From NCBI RefSeq assembly GCF_009914755.1, contig NC_060934.1: a stretch of DNA of 64,000 bases, one strand, 5' to 3'. Of the stretch, positions 15,626 through 29,929 are shown in pieces. Made by a program: the position numbers and the translations under genes. The stretch's first letter is position 1; the number at the start of each line of letters is the position of its first letter. The notes beneath the pieces are model-generated. The model was not told the origin of the DNA. It saw only the letters and a program-made list of their open reading frames with translations, and searched no databases. The DNA comes from the human T2T-CHM13v2.0 reference genome, Homo sapiens.

Positions 15626-17376
15626 TATCATATAAGATGTTAAAATTAATCATACAGTCACAGAAATTAAAAGTCTGGGGCTTTACTGCTGGAACATGGA
15701 AGTTGTTATAACAGCGTAGAATTAAATATACTTCCATAAATGACGAAAGTGGCTTTTCACGTCAGTAGGGAAAGAGTGGATTGGCCAATGAATTGTGTTG
15801 ATAATCAGTAAAAAAAAAAAAAAAAAAAAAGAAAGTGAAATGATTTTGTTTCTTTGTCAATGGTTAATTGATGAAGAGTTAATGACAGCTGGGCATCCTA
15901 CATCAAGGTTGGTAATCTTGACTATTCCCAGTATCTCTATTGGTAAATAAAATATGGTTGAATTTGTTGTCTGATAAGATCAGCTCAAATGTTCTGTAGT
16001 CAGTCTAAACTGAGATGGTTGCTGCTTTTGTTTGTCTTTTTCAAAACTCAATTAAGCAGTGACATTTGGTAAATCAAAATAGCAAGACAAAAGTAAAAAT
16101 AAACTTGTCTGGATTCCTCTCTTGAAAGCAGAGGAAAGATGACTGAGATGGGCCCATTCTAAGCCCCGAGGGCCTGAGGGACTCCTGGAGCTTTTTGACA
16201 TGCACTGTTTGTTTTCAATGGGGAATTACTCAAAATGTAATAAGGAAATATTTTGCTGAGTAAATAGATTCATTTACATCTTGTGGCATGGACGGTTAGA
16301 AAGAATCCTGGCCTTTTAGCTCACTTGGCTGAAATCCCTAGTCAAAGAGAGGGATTTCTCTTTTCACCAGTATTTCTGTCTTTCCAAGGGGTTCTTCCTC
16401 CTCCTTTTGAAATTAGATATTTTCAGACACTTGAAGTCCAGGGAGGGAAAAGAGACTTTATTCTACTGTGATGGGGAAGAAAATTATTAATGTTTTGTGG
16501 TCTCAGCCTTTCCTGTACCTCCCTCTGCCTCTCTAGAGATAATTATAGCTTTGTCAGCTCAGAGCTCAGGGTTTTATAATGCAGAATTGAGTTAATGGTG
16601 AGCCAGAGACACAACTGGACGAATGGGACATAGGGATTACATTGGAAAGAACAAGATTATTCATGAGAAAGAAAGCTGGAGAGGAAAGGGAGGATGAATG
16701 GAGGGATAATGGGAAGTAGCAGGACTTGGCCATGGAGAGGTTTGGATTAGGAGATGAGAGGAGGGAAAAAGAGGTTTCTGGGGTCAGTAGCAGTTTCTGT
16801 GGTGAGTTTTGAGAGTGGAGGAGACCCATAGAGAGGATGCGGCATGATTTGCTGTGCACTAATAGTGTAGTTCCCTCCACATTTCTTGGCGATTTTCTCC
16901 CTAAGTAGAAGTTGGAACTGATTTAATGTGTATTTTTCTTTAGAGAGCAGTTCTTTGAATTAAAATGTATGTGCTGAGGCTAGGCCAGGAGTGGGGGTAG
17001 GGGGTCCTAGTTGTATTTTGGTTACATCATAAGAGCCAAAGCTTGTATCACTCTTGGCCTTTTCCTCTCAGTTTGCTCCTGGCCTTGCCCCATTTTTTTG
17101 CCTCACAGGAAGGATCTCCTATTTCTTGTCCACTGGCTGTCTCTCTGCAGCACATTGCCTGTCACTGATTCTCAAATGCTAATAAGGTACAGATGCATCG
17201 TTTAAAATATCAGTTTAAAATACCACCAATGTCACCTCATCTTTGTCCTCATTTGTAGTCTCTGGAAAAAATCATGAGTTTGGAAATGATTATTCCTTTC
17301 AAAATGACTGCAGGATCCCCCTATCAACTGGCTATTTACAGCCATAATGATATCCCTTTGAATGACAAAATCCATA

Positions 17377-17743
17377 TGTATTAGTTGATTCTCATGCTGC
17401 TAATAAAGACATACCCAAGACTGGATAATTTATAAAGAAAAAGAGGTGTAATGGACTCAGTTCCACGTGGCTGTGGCTGGGGAGGCCTCACAATCATGGC
17501 AAAAGGCAAAAGGCACATCTTACATGGCAGCAGGAAAAAAGAGAATGAGAACCAAGTGAAAGGGGTTTCCCCTTATAAAACCATCAAATTTCATGAGACT
17601 TGCTCACTACCATGAGAACAGTATGGGGGAAAACGCCCCCATGATTCAATTGTCTCCCACCAGGTTCCTCCCACAACATGTGGGAATTATGGGAGCTACA
17701 ATTCAAGATAAAATGTGGGTGGGGACATAGCCAAACCATATTA
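17377..17743 (-). mobile_element. THE1-family solo LTR (MaLR)
   Basis: tgtattagt...ctcatgctgctaataaagacataccc...ggggacatagccaaaccatatta. 5-bp TSD CCAT(A/G). Confidence 0.92.
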
Positions 17744-17819
17744 CCATGTCTACAGTGAAAATGTTCAATACCAGGTCCTAGCTATCTCATATATCCTTCC
17801 CTTGCCTCCAAAACTATTC

Positions 17820-19409
17820 CAGTGCTGTGGATATAGCAAAACAGACTGAAAAAAATCCTGCTGTCATGGTGTTTACAATCTAGTGGAGTTATATACATAT
17901 AGTTTTTAATAATGGGAAGAGCTAAGGAAGGTGGTGAGCAGGAAGATGTCTTCCAGAGTGATTGGAGAAGACTGAGTTAGTGAGATGATTTCAGAGAGGT
18001 TATGGGCAGAACGGGGAAGATCATGCAGAGCCTCGTAGGTTAAGATGAGCACTTGGGTTTTTATGATACTTTATGTGAGATGGGAAGCCATTGGAAGGAT
18101 TGGCACAGAGAAGGTACATAATGTGACTTAAATTTTAATAGGATCACTTTGACTTCTGTTTTGAGAATAGACTGAAAGCAAGGAAAGACACAAGGAGACA
18201 AGTTACGAAGCTTTATAGTAATCTAGATGAGGGAGGATGGAAGCTTTCACCAGGGCAGTAGCTGTGGTTATGGTGAGAAAATAGATTCTAGCTTATTTTT
18301 AAGGAAGAGCTGATGTGATTTGCTAACCAGCTGGATACAGGATGTGAAAGAAGGATGGTTCTAGATTTTTGGTAGGATAAAGTTGCTATTAACTAAGAAA
18401 GGGAAGACTGTGGTTGGAGCAGGCTTGGATGGAAATATCAGGAACTCAGTTTTGGACATATTAAGTTTAATAAGACTTCTAAATGGAGATATTAGGTAGG
18501 CACTTGTATAGGTGAACTCAGGCAGTAGTTTGGTCCATCAAAGTAGATCAGTGAGTTACCATTACATGGATAATATTTAAAGTCATTAGACAGTTTATGA
18601 TCACCAAAGGAGTGTTTATAGATAGGATAAGAGACTCAAGGAACTGGGGTACGTCAATGTTTAGAAGTAAGGGAGATGAGAAAGAACCAGAAAAGCAGAC
18701 TGAAAAATGTGGCCAGAGAGAGGTTGTCCTGGAAGCACAGTGAAGAAGGTGCTTCAGGAAGGATGAAATGATTGATGTTAAATCTTGCCAATGAACCAAG
18801 TAAAATGAAGACGAAGTTGACCATTGGATTTAGCAAAGTGGAGTTCATCAGTGGTGTGGACAAAAACAATTTCAGTGAAGTGGTATAAGGGTGAAAACCT
18901 TATTGAAGTGCTACATAGAAATGATTCAACAGAGAGGAAAATTAATATACAGGGGAAAGAACTGCTGGAACAATATCTTTCAATAGGCAAGAGAAGGTGA
19001 TATCTAACACTCTAGTAAAAAGGGTAGGTGTATTATTACGACAGGAGAGAAAGTAGAGAATATGGGAACAAAAGACAGTTTACAGATGGATGTGGTGGTT
19101 GGAACTAGTGGAAGACATTTCTGGTTGCTTTCATTTTCTTGGTGAAATAAGAAGCAAGGTCACAAGGTGGGAGGGAAGGAGAGAAAGAATGGGGAAGAAA
19201 ACATGAAGTGGGTTTCCAGAAGCGTGGAAAAGTGATCAGACTGAAAAAAAAAAGTAGTATAACCAACAGAGAGCATTAAGTTCCCACAGTTCATGATAAT
19301 GAATTAAAACAAAACCAATGAACATAGTTATGCTTTTTAAAAGTCCACCCCTAGATAACTGCACCAGTGAAGATGCCAAACAGCTACAGAGTTAGATTTA
19401 ACTAGGGTC

Positions 19410-19410
<1 letters not shown>
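17820..19410 (-). mobile_element. L2 LINE (long degenerate segment)
   Basis: Contains gagatgggaagccattggaaggatt, tcagttttggacatattaagttt and ccattggatttagcaa. Confidence 0.8.
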
Positions 19411-19730
<320 letters not shown>

Positions 19731-19772
19731 AAGATTTTTATCATGAGAGTATTCTGAAGCAAAAGAAGAGCA

Positions 19773-22430
19773 ATTTTGTCAATTTTTCCTTCATATATTT
19801 TGGGAGTCTGTTATTAGGTGTATAAGTATTTCTGTCTTTTTGCTATATTGAAATTTTTATTAATATATAATAGTAAAATTAATACACTTTAAATTTAAAA
19901 AGGTTACAAGAGACAAAGCAAACGTTACATATTAATGTCTCTTGTAAAGTCTTCTTTGTCTTTTGTAAACTTAATGTCTTCTTTGTCTTTTGCAACCTTC
20001 TTAAATTTAAAGTGTATTTTGTCTGATGTTGGCATTACCACCCCAGAGTTCTTTTGGTTACTATTTGTGTGGAATATCTTTTCTCATCCTTTCACTTTCA
20101 ACCTATCTGTGGTGTTGGAGCTAAAGTGAGTATCTTGTAGATAGCAAATGGTTGGATCACTTTTTTTTTTAATTCATTCTTCTAATCTGTCTTTTGACTG
20201 GAGATTTTAATTCATTTATATTTAAAGCAATTGCTAATAGGAAGAGTTAACTTCTTCATTTTGTATTTATTTTCTATATTCCTTATAGTTTTTTTGTTCC
20301 TTATTTCCTGCATTTCTCTTTTTTTGTGTTTTATTGATTTTTGTAGGAAAGTGTTTTAATTCCTTTCTCATTTTCCTTAGTGTACATTCTATAGTTATTT
20401 TCTTTATTGCTACTATGGGTATTACACTAAATATCCTAAAGTTATAACACTAATTTGAATTTACAGTAGCTTAACTTCAATAGCATACAAAAACTCTGCC
20501 TCAATACAGCTCTGTCCCCATCCCCTTTCAGTTATTAACATAATGAATTATATCTTTATATATTGTGAGCCTCAAAACATAGACTAATGATTGGTTTTTA
20601 AGACACATTTGTTTCTTTAATCATGTTACAAATCAAAGTTACAATAAAGCTAGTTTTTTTAATTGTCCATGTATTTACCTTTACTGGAGATCTTTATTCT
20701 TCATATGACCTTGATTTACTATTTAATGTCCCTTTATTTCAATCTGAAGATCTTTTGAAATCTAGTAGTAATAAATGCCCTCAGTTTTTGTTTATCTAGG
20801 AATGTTTCAATTTCTCTCTTATTTTTGTAGGATAGTTTTTCTAGATATAGAATTCCCAGTTGAGAGTTTTTTTTTCTTTCAGCAATTTGAATATACTTGT
20901 GAATAACTTTCCACACTTTCTGCACTTTGAAACCTTCAAGGTTTCTGATGAGAAATCTGCTAATAATCTTGTTAAAGGTCCTGTGTGTGGGATAAGTCTC
21001 TTATCTCTTCCTGCTTTCAAGATTCTCTCTTTGTCTTTTGATAAGTTTATTATAATGTGTCTTGGTGTGGTTTCTTTATTGTATCTGGAATTTGTTGAGC
21101 TTCTTGGGCTTGTAGATTCATATCTCCCATCTTGTTTGGAAAGTTTTTGCACATCATTTCTTCAAATAATCTCTCTACCCCGATCCTTTATATATTTTTT
21201 AAGATTCCCGCAACGCATATGTTGGTATACTTGATGATGTTCCACTGTCCTTGGGCTCTGTTTACTTTTCTTCAATTTGTGTGTGTCTGTGTGTTTCTTA
21301 GACTCAAAATTTCAGTTATCTGTCTTTCAGTTGATTGATTCTTCTGCCTGCTCAAATCTGCTTTTGAATTTTTCTAGTGAATTTTTAAAATTTCCGTTAT
21401 TGTAATTCCAAACTCCAGAATTTTATGATTCGTTTTTTATGTTATCTCTTTAATGGTATTCATATTTTGTTCATATCTTATTTTCTTGAGTTTATCCATG
21501 TCTTACTTTAGTCCTTTGAGAGTCTTTGAGACAGTTGTTTTCATGTCTTTGTCTAGTAAAGATACCATCTAATCTTTCTTATAGATTTTTTTCTGATTTA
21601 TTTTTTTCCTTTGAGTAACCCATATTTTACTATTTCTTTATATGACTTGTAATTCTTTTGGTGGTTGTTTAAAACTGGACATTTGAATCTTATAGTGTGG
21701 CAACTATGGAAATCAGATTCAACCCCTTCCCCAGGGTTTGCTGTTTTTCTGTTTTTGTTTTTGTTTGGTTTGTTTTTTTAACTGTTACAGGGTGTCTCTG
21801 TGCTAGGATCAGCTTGAGGTGTAAACTTAGGGTAGTATTCTGAGCTGGTGTCTTTCCCTGGGCATGGGCAGTGACTTTCTAAATGCCTCCACATGTGCAG
21901 TTGCTTTACAATATCCTAATCCTTAAATATCTAGCTTTGCAAAAGAAAAAAAAGTGCTGGGGAGAGCGGAAATGAAGGGTGAAAACAAACTTTGTTTCTT
22001 TACATTCCCTGGAAGCCACTTCAGCTGCTGGATGGGACTTGCAACAATGGCAGCTTACCTCTGTGTCTATACCTCCACAATCAGAAGCAGCCACCAGTGG
22101 TTAAAACTGATCCCAGGGTTTTTCAAAAGACAATGTCTTTTCTAGCTATCCTAGTTGCTGTAAGTTGCTCTAGGAATGTTGGAACAGCTGACTGGCACAG
22201 GGCTTAGGGTTGGCAGCTGTGACTGGGTAGCTGCTACTATGCTAACTGCTGAAATTGGCTGAAATTAGCCATGATTTATAGGAAAAGACTTCCGTTGGAA
22301 GCTGCAAGCCTTCAAACAGACTACAGTTTTTCGAAATACTTACATCAGAGAAATCCTGCCAACACAATTGTTGTTTTGGTGAAGAGATGAACTCCTGCCA
22401 CTGCCTACTCTGCCATCTTCCCTAATGTCA
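19773..22430 (-). mobile_element. Old L1M, ORF1 region and start of ORF2
   Basis: ORF 20841-21152 (TTPRHIIINLSK..KERILKA..LLADFSSETL) and ORF 20734-20925 (ILYLEKLSYKN..IETFLDKQKLRAFITTR) are L1 ORF1p remnants. Confidence 0.88.
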
Positions 22431-22794
22431 TTTCTTCACTACTAGTGTTTTTAATACTATTGCCAGCAATCATATCACAATATCAAGTTATGAATAAATG
22501 TTTGATTATTGTCTGATTCAGCAAAGAAATCATTCACTTCATGAATGTTGGTTAATATTTTCATTTAAAAGAAAGTGAAGCAATCAAGAAATATGTCAGA
22601 ACTTCACTTGTTTGTCAGTGACTGGAGGGATATCTTTGTGGAGTTGTATAATAGTTTTTAAATTCCAAAAGGATATTTTCTTAATTTTTTTTTTGCTAAT
22701 CATAATGTAACACTTACAGACACAACACTGTTAATTTTAATATTTAAGAATCTGCATTCTTCACATTTTCTTCTGATTTTCTTCAATTTAGGCC

Positions 22795-23102
22795 AGATCA
22801 GAAAAACAATTTTTCTGTAAAGAACCATACCATATTTTATCTTTGCAGGCCATGCGGTCTCTGTTGCAATTACTTAACTTTGCCATTATAGCACAGATTA
22901 GCAATAGACAGTAGTAAACATGGCTGTGTACCAATAAAACCTCATCTATAAATACTAAAATTTACCATTAACATAACTTTCATATGTCATTAAATATCAT
23001 TCTTTTTCTCCCCTAACCATTAAAAACTAAAAATTAATGTTAGCTTGTGGATTCTACAAAAATAAGTGGCAAGCTGTGTTAGACCATAGTTTGCTAATCT
23101 CT
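22795..23102 (+). mobile_element. MER58B (hAT-Charlie)
   Basis: Contains ttttctgtaaag...tttgcaggccatgcggtctctgttgcaa...tggctgtgtaccaataaaac...ccatagtttgctaa. Confidence 0.8.
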
Positions 23103-23394
23103 CATTTAGACAATTAAAAAATAGCAATAGTAAAAACAAAACAAAACAAAACAAGAAAACAAATCAAGGTCTGATTTACAGTATTTGTCAATTCCATGGT
23201 CTAAGTACTCCTACCTGGCTCATTTCAAGCCACTAATGTGACGTCACGGAATGTGAAGTTGCACCCCAGTAGCATTAAATAGCCATTTAGTTTTTCCACC
23301 ATGCAGATACAACAGAGAAAAAGAAACTTAAGACATAGCTAATAGTAACATATTAAAAATAATTAGAAAGTAATGAATTTTGAGTATGTATTAT

Positions 23395-23690
23395 CTTTTT
23401 TTTTTCTTTTTCTTTTTTATTTTTAAATTGAGTCTTGGTCTGTTGCCCAGGCTGGAGTACAGTGACGTAATCATAGCTCACTACAGCCTTGAACTGCTGG
23501 GCTCAAGCGATCCTCCCACTTTGGCCTTCTGAGTAACTGGGACTACAGGAACATGCCACTATGCCACCCAGGTAACTTTTTAAAATGTTTTTTAGAGACA
23601 GGGTCTCACTTTGTTGTCTAAGCTGGTCTCGAACTCCTGGCTTCAAGTGATCTTCCTGTCTCAGCCTCCCAAAGTGCTGGGATTACTGGA
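23395..23690 (-). mobile_element. AluJ
   Basis: Antisense dimer. Confidence 0.88.
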
Positions 23691-23757
23691 TGAGTGCCTT
23701 GCTTTACTTTCATTTTTAATATTGTTTCTAATTATGAACTTACATAGTTTAATTTTT

Positions 23758-24053
23758 TTGTTGTTTTTTTTTGTTTTTGTTTTTGCTCTAATTCTGTATC
23801 CATGTTTTATTTAAGCATTGTTTTTGTCAAAAAAGAAAAGCAAGAAAAGTTGTCTAGTTCTAGTTTTCAGAAAGGAGAAAGTGAAGGCATAACTTGAATT
23901 AAAATTCTAATGTTGACTATTAAATAGGGAACATAGAATAATGTACTGGACAGTTTCTTTGTAAAATGCGGATACATGCTTCAGCTATGGATTTTTTTTT
24001 TTTTTTTTTTTTTTTGTAGATACTGGCTTTCTTTTCTTTCTTTCTTTTTTTTT
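23758..24053 (-). mobile_element. Retrotransposed non-repeat insert (orphan 3' transduction or truncated retrocopy)
   Basis: TSD TTTAATTTTT at 23748-23757 and 24054-24063. AATAAA ~21 nt before a poly(A)-like tail. Inserted at a TT|AAAA site. Confidence 0.75.
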
Positions 24054-25369
24054 TTTAATTTTTAACAGGGCTGTGTTTAACAACGGATGAGAAAATTCCT
24101 GAAAATTTAACAATTGGTTCTTGGAAGCCAGTATGAAGCCACCTCTAGCAGACTCTTATTCTGGGGACTCTCAAATGACCTCAGCTAGTGGAGGAGAGTC
24201 TTGCACATGGATGCTCTTATTTCTAGGGCACAGCCATCCTCCCTGAGGCTCCAGAACCTTATCCTCCACAGAGTTAATCCCTGAGCCCTTGAAGAGACAT
24301 GTTTCTGAGCTCTGATCAGCTCACTGGCATCCCTTCTTTGGCCGTAAATCAGATCTATTAAATTCTACACGATTTGGAATTCAAACTAAGAGATGGCCAG
24401 TTATTGTCAGCTGTGGTTAGAATGATACGACATTCTATACCACAGTATATATAACCCCACACAGTATATATACAGTATATATAACCCCAGTGCCATTAGG
24501 GCAGAGAGACAAGAAAGGTAACCTGAAGAAAAAGAAAGGAATGAAACAGATGCACGTGAAGAATGATGGTTTTCAGTTGTACCAAAATGGAAGGACTTCT
24601 TCAGTTTACCGGTTCCTGCTTCAGGTGTCCTGTAATGCCCAATTGTCCTTGAATTCTATGAGTATATTTTTGAACGCATATCCTTTTTTTTTTATGTTTA
24701 AGCTAACATAATGCTTTCTATTACTTGTACTTAACTTTAATGAGTTAATGAGTTAAGAACAAAAAGTAATTCTACCATTTTCTGAATCCCCTCTGCATTT
24801 TACCCAGCACTCAGTCTTTTCTATATTGTATGACAGTTGTTTATATGTACATTTTATCTCCTCTATTGAAGAGAAAAAGGTATAAAAAGTTATCAACGTA
24901 TAAATACAATATTGTTAACTTTGGCACTCCTTTCACTGGCTAAGGCAAAATAGCGTGATTCATAGAAAAACTAAAAGTTACAGATATCTTTAAATATAAT
25001 TGAAATAAATTTAAGATACTACCTCTTTTCTCCAGAACATTATACATCTATTTGGAGAGACAAGACATGTTATACCCATGAGACAATTACAGAAAAATGC
25101 AATGATGCAATTCATCTATTCACCAAACTAGAAACAGATTCCAGAAATGTCATGCACATAGTAAGCCTTCTGTAATTATTTGTGGAATGAAGAGATGGGG
25201 CAGTGAGGTGAGTGCTGAGGATTCAGAAATGACCAGAACTCAGTTTGTACCCTGTGGGGGAGTCCTCCATCCCATATGGGGGAAATGGACTTCCAGACAT
25301 GCGTACAGCAGCGAGGTAGGAGGTAGACTCGAGTGTGTCCTACAGGAAGCCTTCTGTGCACAGGGGAAA

Positions 25370-25600
25370 GCATTTTAGTGCATACTTCAGGGCCAGATGC
25401 TGCTTGAAACCTCTATAAATTGTCATTTATTCAATCTTCATAACGATAGTATGCAACATGTACTATTATTATCACTCATTTTATAGATGATGACACTAGG
25501 GTACAAAGAGGTTATGCAACTTGCCCAGGGTTACTTGGTTAAGTAGGTGGCCCAGCCGGGGACACAGGCAGGCTGACAGCCAAGCACACACATTTTAACA
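25370..25600 (-). mobile_element. MIR
   Basis: Contains cattttatagatgatgacact...agaggttatgcaacttgcccagggttac. Confidence 0.8.
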
Positions 25601-26167
25601 TTGTGCTGTGTTGTTTCTCTGTGTTTGCTTGTGTGTGCCAGGCAGTTTGGTGGCGGTGGGAATTCTCACTCTTACCCACCCTGCTACAGGGAATAGGCAA
25701 AGAATATCATACAGATGAATTGGGGTGTGTGGAGACTGACAAGACCTGGAGTCATCTGGAAAGAATTTATAGGGAAAGTTGAACAAAGAAGGACCTCTCT
25801 TAAGTCATGAAAGGATCGCCCCCAACACTATGGCAGGGCTGCATTGGAAAAATCCTACTAAATTAGAACTTTTTTTCTGACCTATTTTTAGGACATTCTT
25901 TCGATGTAATAAATACCTGCAGATTGATTTTAGAGATCATTAAATGTCTTAGAAGACTAAAAATGTTTTTCAAAGAGAAAACCTCATACTCTTTGTAATA
26001 TAAACAGGAGGTTGTGGACCGCACTTCTATTTTCGGTGGGTTTCCTTGCATAGTGATTTTGGTTCTTTATTCTACTGGGAAGTAGAGTAAGTTAGAACAT
26101 TGGCAGATGTTTTCTTGCTGTATTTATATTGTTGTTTTGGAAAAGCTGTTACAAAGTAAAAAAATAG

Positions 26168-26521
<354 letters not shown>

Positions 26522-26844
26522 TGATGGGAATGTAAATGAGTACAATCTCTGTGGAAAAGAGTATGGAGAGTTCTCCAAGAACTACAAACAGAACTACCAT
26601 TCAATCCAGCAACCCCACTACTGGATATCTACCCAAAGGATAAGAAATTATTAGATCAAGCTTCCTGTACTTGTATGTTTGTTGTGGCACTATTCACAAT
26701 TGCAAAGCTATGGAATCAATCTAAGTGTCCATCAATGGATGACTGAATAATAAAAAGTTCCATATAGACCGTGGAATACTACTTGGCCATAAAAAGAATG
26801 GAATCATGTCTTTTGCAGCAACATGGATAGAACTTGAAGCCACT

Positions 26845-27181
26845 GGTCGGGTGCAATGGCTCACACCTGTAATCTCAGCACTTTGGAGGCTGAGGCAGGC
26901 AGATCATGAGGTCAAGAGATCGAAACCATTCTAGCCAACATGGTGAAATCCCGTCTCTACTAAAAATACAAAAATTAGCCGGGCTTGGTGGTGGGAGCCT
27001 GTAGTCCTAGCTACTTGGGAGGCTCAGGTAGGAGAATCGCTTGAACCCAGGAGGCGGAGGTCGCAGTGAGCCGAGATCGTGCCACTGCACTCCAGCCCAG
27101 CGACAGAGCGAGACTCTATCTCGAAAACAAAACAAAAAACACAACACAACACAACACAACAAACAAAACAAAACAAAAAAA
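26845..27181 (+). mobile_element. AluSc-like with CAA/CAAAA tail
   Basis: Contains gatcatgaggtcaagagatcga. TSD AGAACTTG(A/C)AGCCA. Confidence 0.92.
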
Positions 27182-27529
27182 GAACTTGCAGCCATTTTCT
27201 TAAGTGAAATAACTCAGAAACACAAAGTCAAACTGCATTCTCACTGATAAGCAGGAGCTAAATAATATGTACACATGGGCATACATTGTGGAATAATAGA
27301 TACTGGATACTAGGAAGGGTGGGAAGATGGGAGGTGAGATGAGGATGAGAAATTACTTAATGGGTACGAGGTACACTATTTGGGTGATGGATGCACTAAA
27401 AGCTCAGACTTCACCACTCTGCAATACATCCATGTAACAAAACTGCACTTGTATCCCCTAAATCTATTTTTTCAAAAAGCTGTTATAAATAGCTAACATT
27501 GGGCCAGGTCATTTTTCCTTTTTCCCCAA

Positions 27530-28272
<743 letters not shown>

Positions 28273-28533
28273 GTAGTCATCACCAAATAAAATCTCCTAG
28301 TTCTGTATCCAATTTTCACCATTGTGGCTATAAAGATATACAGGATCTGGTCTTGCCCACCTCTGTGACTTCCTGTCTTACCACTCTCCTCTTGCTCACT
28401 GAGCTCCTCTTAACTGGATTTTCTTTTGGTTTCTAGAATACACACACACTGAGCTTGAGCACTTTCAGGTCTTCCTGCCTGTGATACTCAAACCCCACTC
28501 TTCCTCTGGCTCCTGTGTGTCATTTGGGTTGGA

Positions 28534-28827
28534 TTTTTTCTTAGTTTTGTTTTAAGACAGGATCTCCCTCTGTCGCCCAGGCTGGATTACAGTGGAGTGC
28601 CTCAAACTCTTGGGCTCAAGCCATCCTCTCACCTCAGCCTCCTGAGTTGTCAGGACTACAGGCACACTCTACCATGCCTGGCTAATCTTTTTTTTTGTTT
28701 GTTTTTTTGTAGAGATGGGGGTCTTCTTATGTTGCCTGGGCTGGTCTTGAACTCCTGGCCTTAAGCAATCCTCCTGCCTCAGCCTCTGAAAGCCCTGGGA
28801 TTATAGGCATGAGCCACTGTGTCCAGC
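28534..28827 (-). mobile_element. AluJ
   Basis: TSD GTCATTTGGGTT. Confidence 0.88.
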
Positions 28828-28949
28828 GTCATTTGGGTTTAATTCAAACATTTCCTCAGTGAAATGTTTGGACTAAATATTCCTGACTATTATAATTGCA
28901 CACCCCACCCCAGCTCATATTACATTCTTCCCTATGCCCCCTGCCCCTC

Positions 28950-29253
28950 GTTTGTAGTTTGTTTTTTGAGACAGTCTCACTCTGCCACCCAGGCTGGAGC
29001 AGAGTGGTGTGAGCATAGCTCACTGCAGCCTTGATCTCCCAAGCTCCAGCAGTCCTCCTACCTCAGCCTCTGTAGTAGCTGGGACTACAGGTGGGTGCCA
29101 CCACACCCAGCTAAATTTTTGACTATAAAAAAAAATAGAGCTGGGGTCTCATTTTATTGCCCAGGCTGGTCTTGAACTCCTGGGCTCAAGTGATTCTTCT
29201 GTGTTGGCCTCCCAAAGTGCTGGGATTACAGACATGAGCTGCTGTGCCCGGCC
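28950..29253 (-). mobile_element. AluJ
   Basis: Antisense dimer within L2 remnants. Confidence 0.88.
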
Positions 29254-29524
29254 CCATTTATAGTACTTTATAGCACTCAGCACCAGTTGGAATGGTTTTG
29301 TTCATTTGTTTCTTTGTTTACTCTCTTTTTCTGTGCATTAGAAAGTAAGCCTCAGAAGAACAGAAATCTTATCATTTAGCTTCTTTTCTCCAGTATCTAT
29401 CATAGTACCTGGGATCTAGTAAATTGTCAATAATTACTTTTTAAAAGAAAGAATGGTATTTCAGTGGTCAATCCATATTCACCTTACCGTGACTTTCATT
29501 CTAGTATGTTTTCATGAAACAGAG

Positions 29525-29929
29525 TGATGTGGCTTGGGTCTGTGTCCGTGTTCAAATCTCATGTCAACTTGTAATTCCCAATGTTGGAGGTGGGGCCTGG
29601 TGGGAGGTGATTGGATCACGGGGGTGGATTTCCCCCTCAGTGCTGCTCTTGTGATAGTGAGTGAGTGCTCTCGAGATTTGGTTGTTTAAAGGTTTGTGGC
29701 ACCTCTTCCCTTGCTCTCTTCCTCCTGCTCCAGCCATGTAAGACGTGCCAGCTTCCCATTCACCTTCCGCCATGACTGTAAGTTTCCTGAGGCCTCCCCA
29801 GAAGCTGAGCAGATGTCAGCATCATGCCTCCTGTACAGCCTGCAAAACCATGGGCCAATTAAACCTCTTCTTTATAAATTACCCAGTCTTAGGTATTTCT
29901 TTATAGCAAGGTGAGAACGGACTGATACA
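29525..29929 (+). mobile_element. MSTA solo LTR (MaLR)
   Basis: TG...CA termini and perfect 5-bp TSD CAGAG. Confidence 0.93.

Larger units (their letters stand above)
22440..24150 (-). mobile_element. MER63-family (hAT-Blackjack) element, fragmented by later insertions
   Basis: Terminus ctgtgtttaacaac...aaaattcctgaaaatttaacaattggttc...gccagtatg...ctctagca and internal tgtgacgtcac match the recalled MER63 consensus. Confidence 0.7.

Noticed and set aside
17470-17488. PRDM9 hotspot motif in THE1 LTRs (also ~33391-33406)
   Set aside because: They read CCTCCCCAGCCAC and CCTCCCCAGCCAT, lacking the T of CCNCCNTNNCCNC.
23237-23248. CRE palindrome GTGACGTCAC
   Set aside because: Appears to be part of the MER63 body; no other evidence of function.
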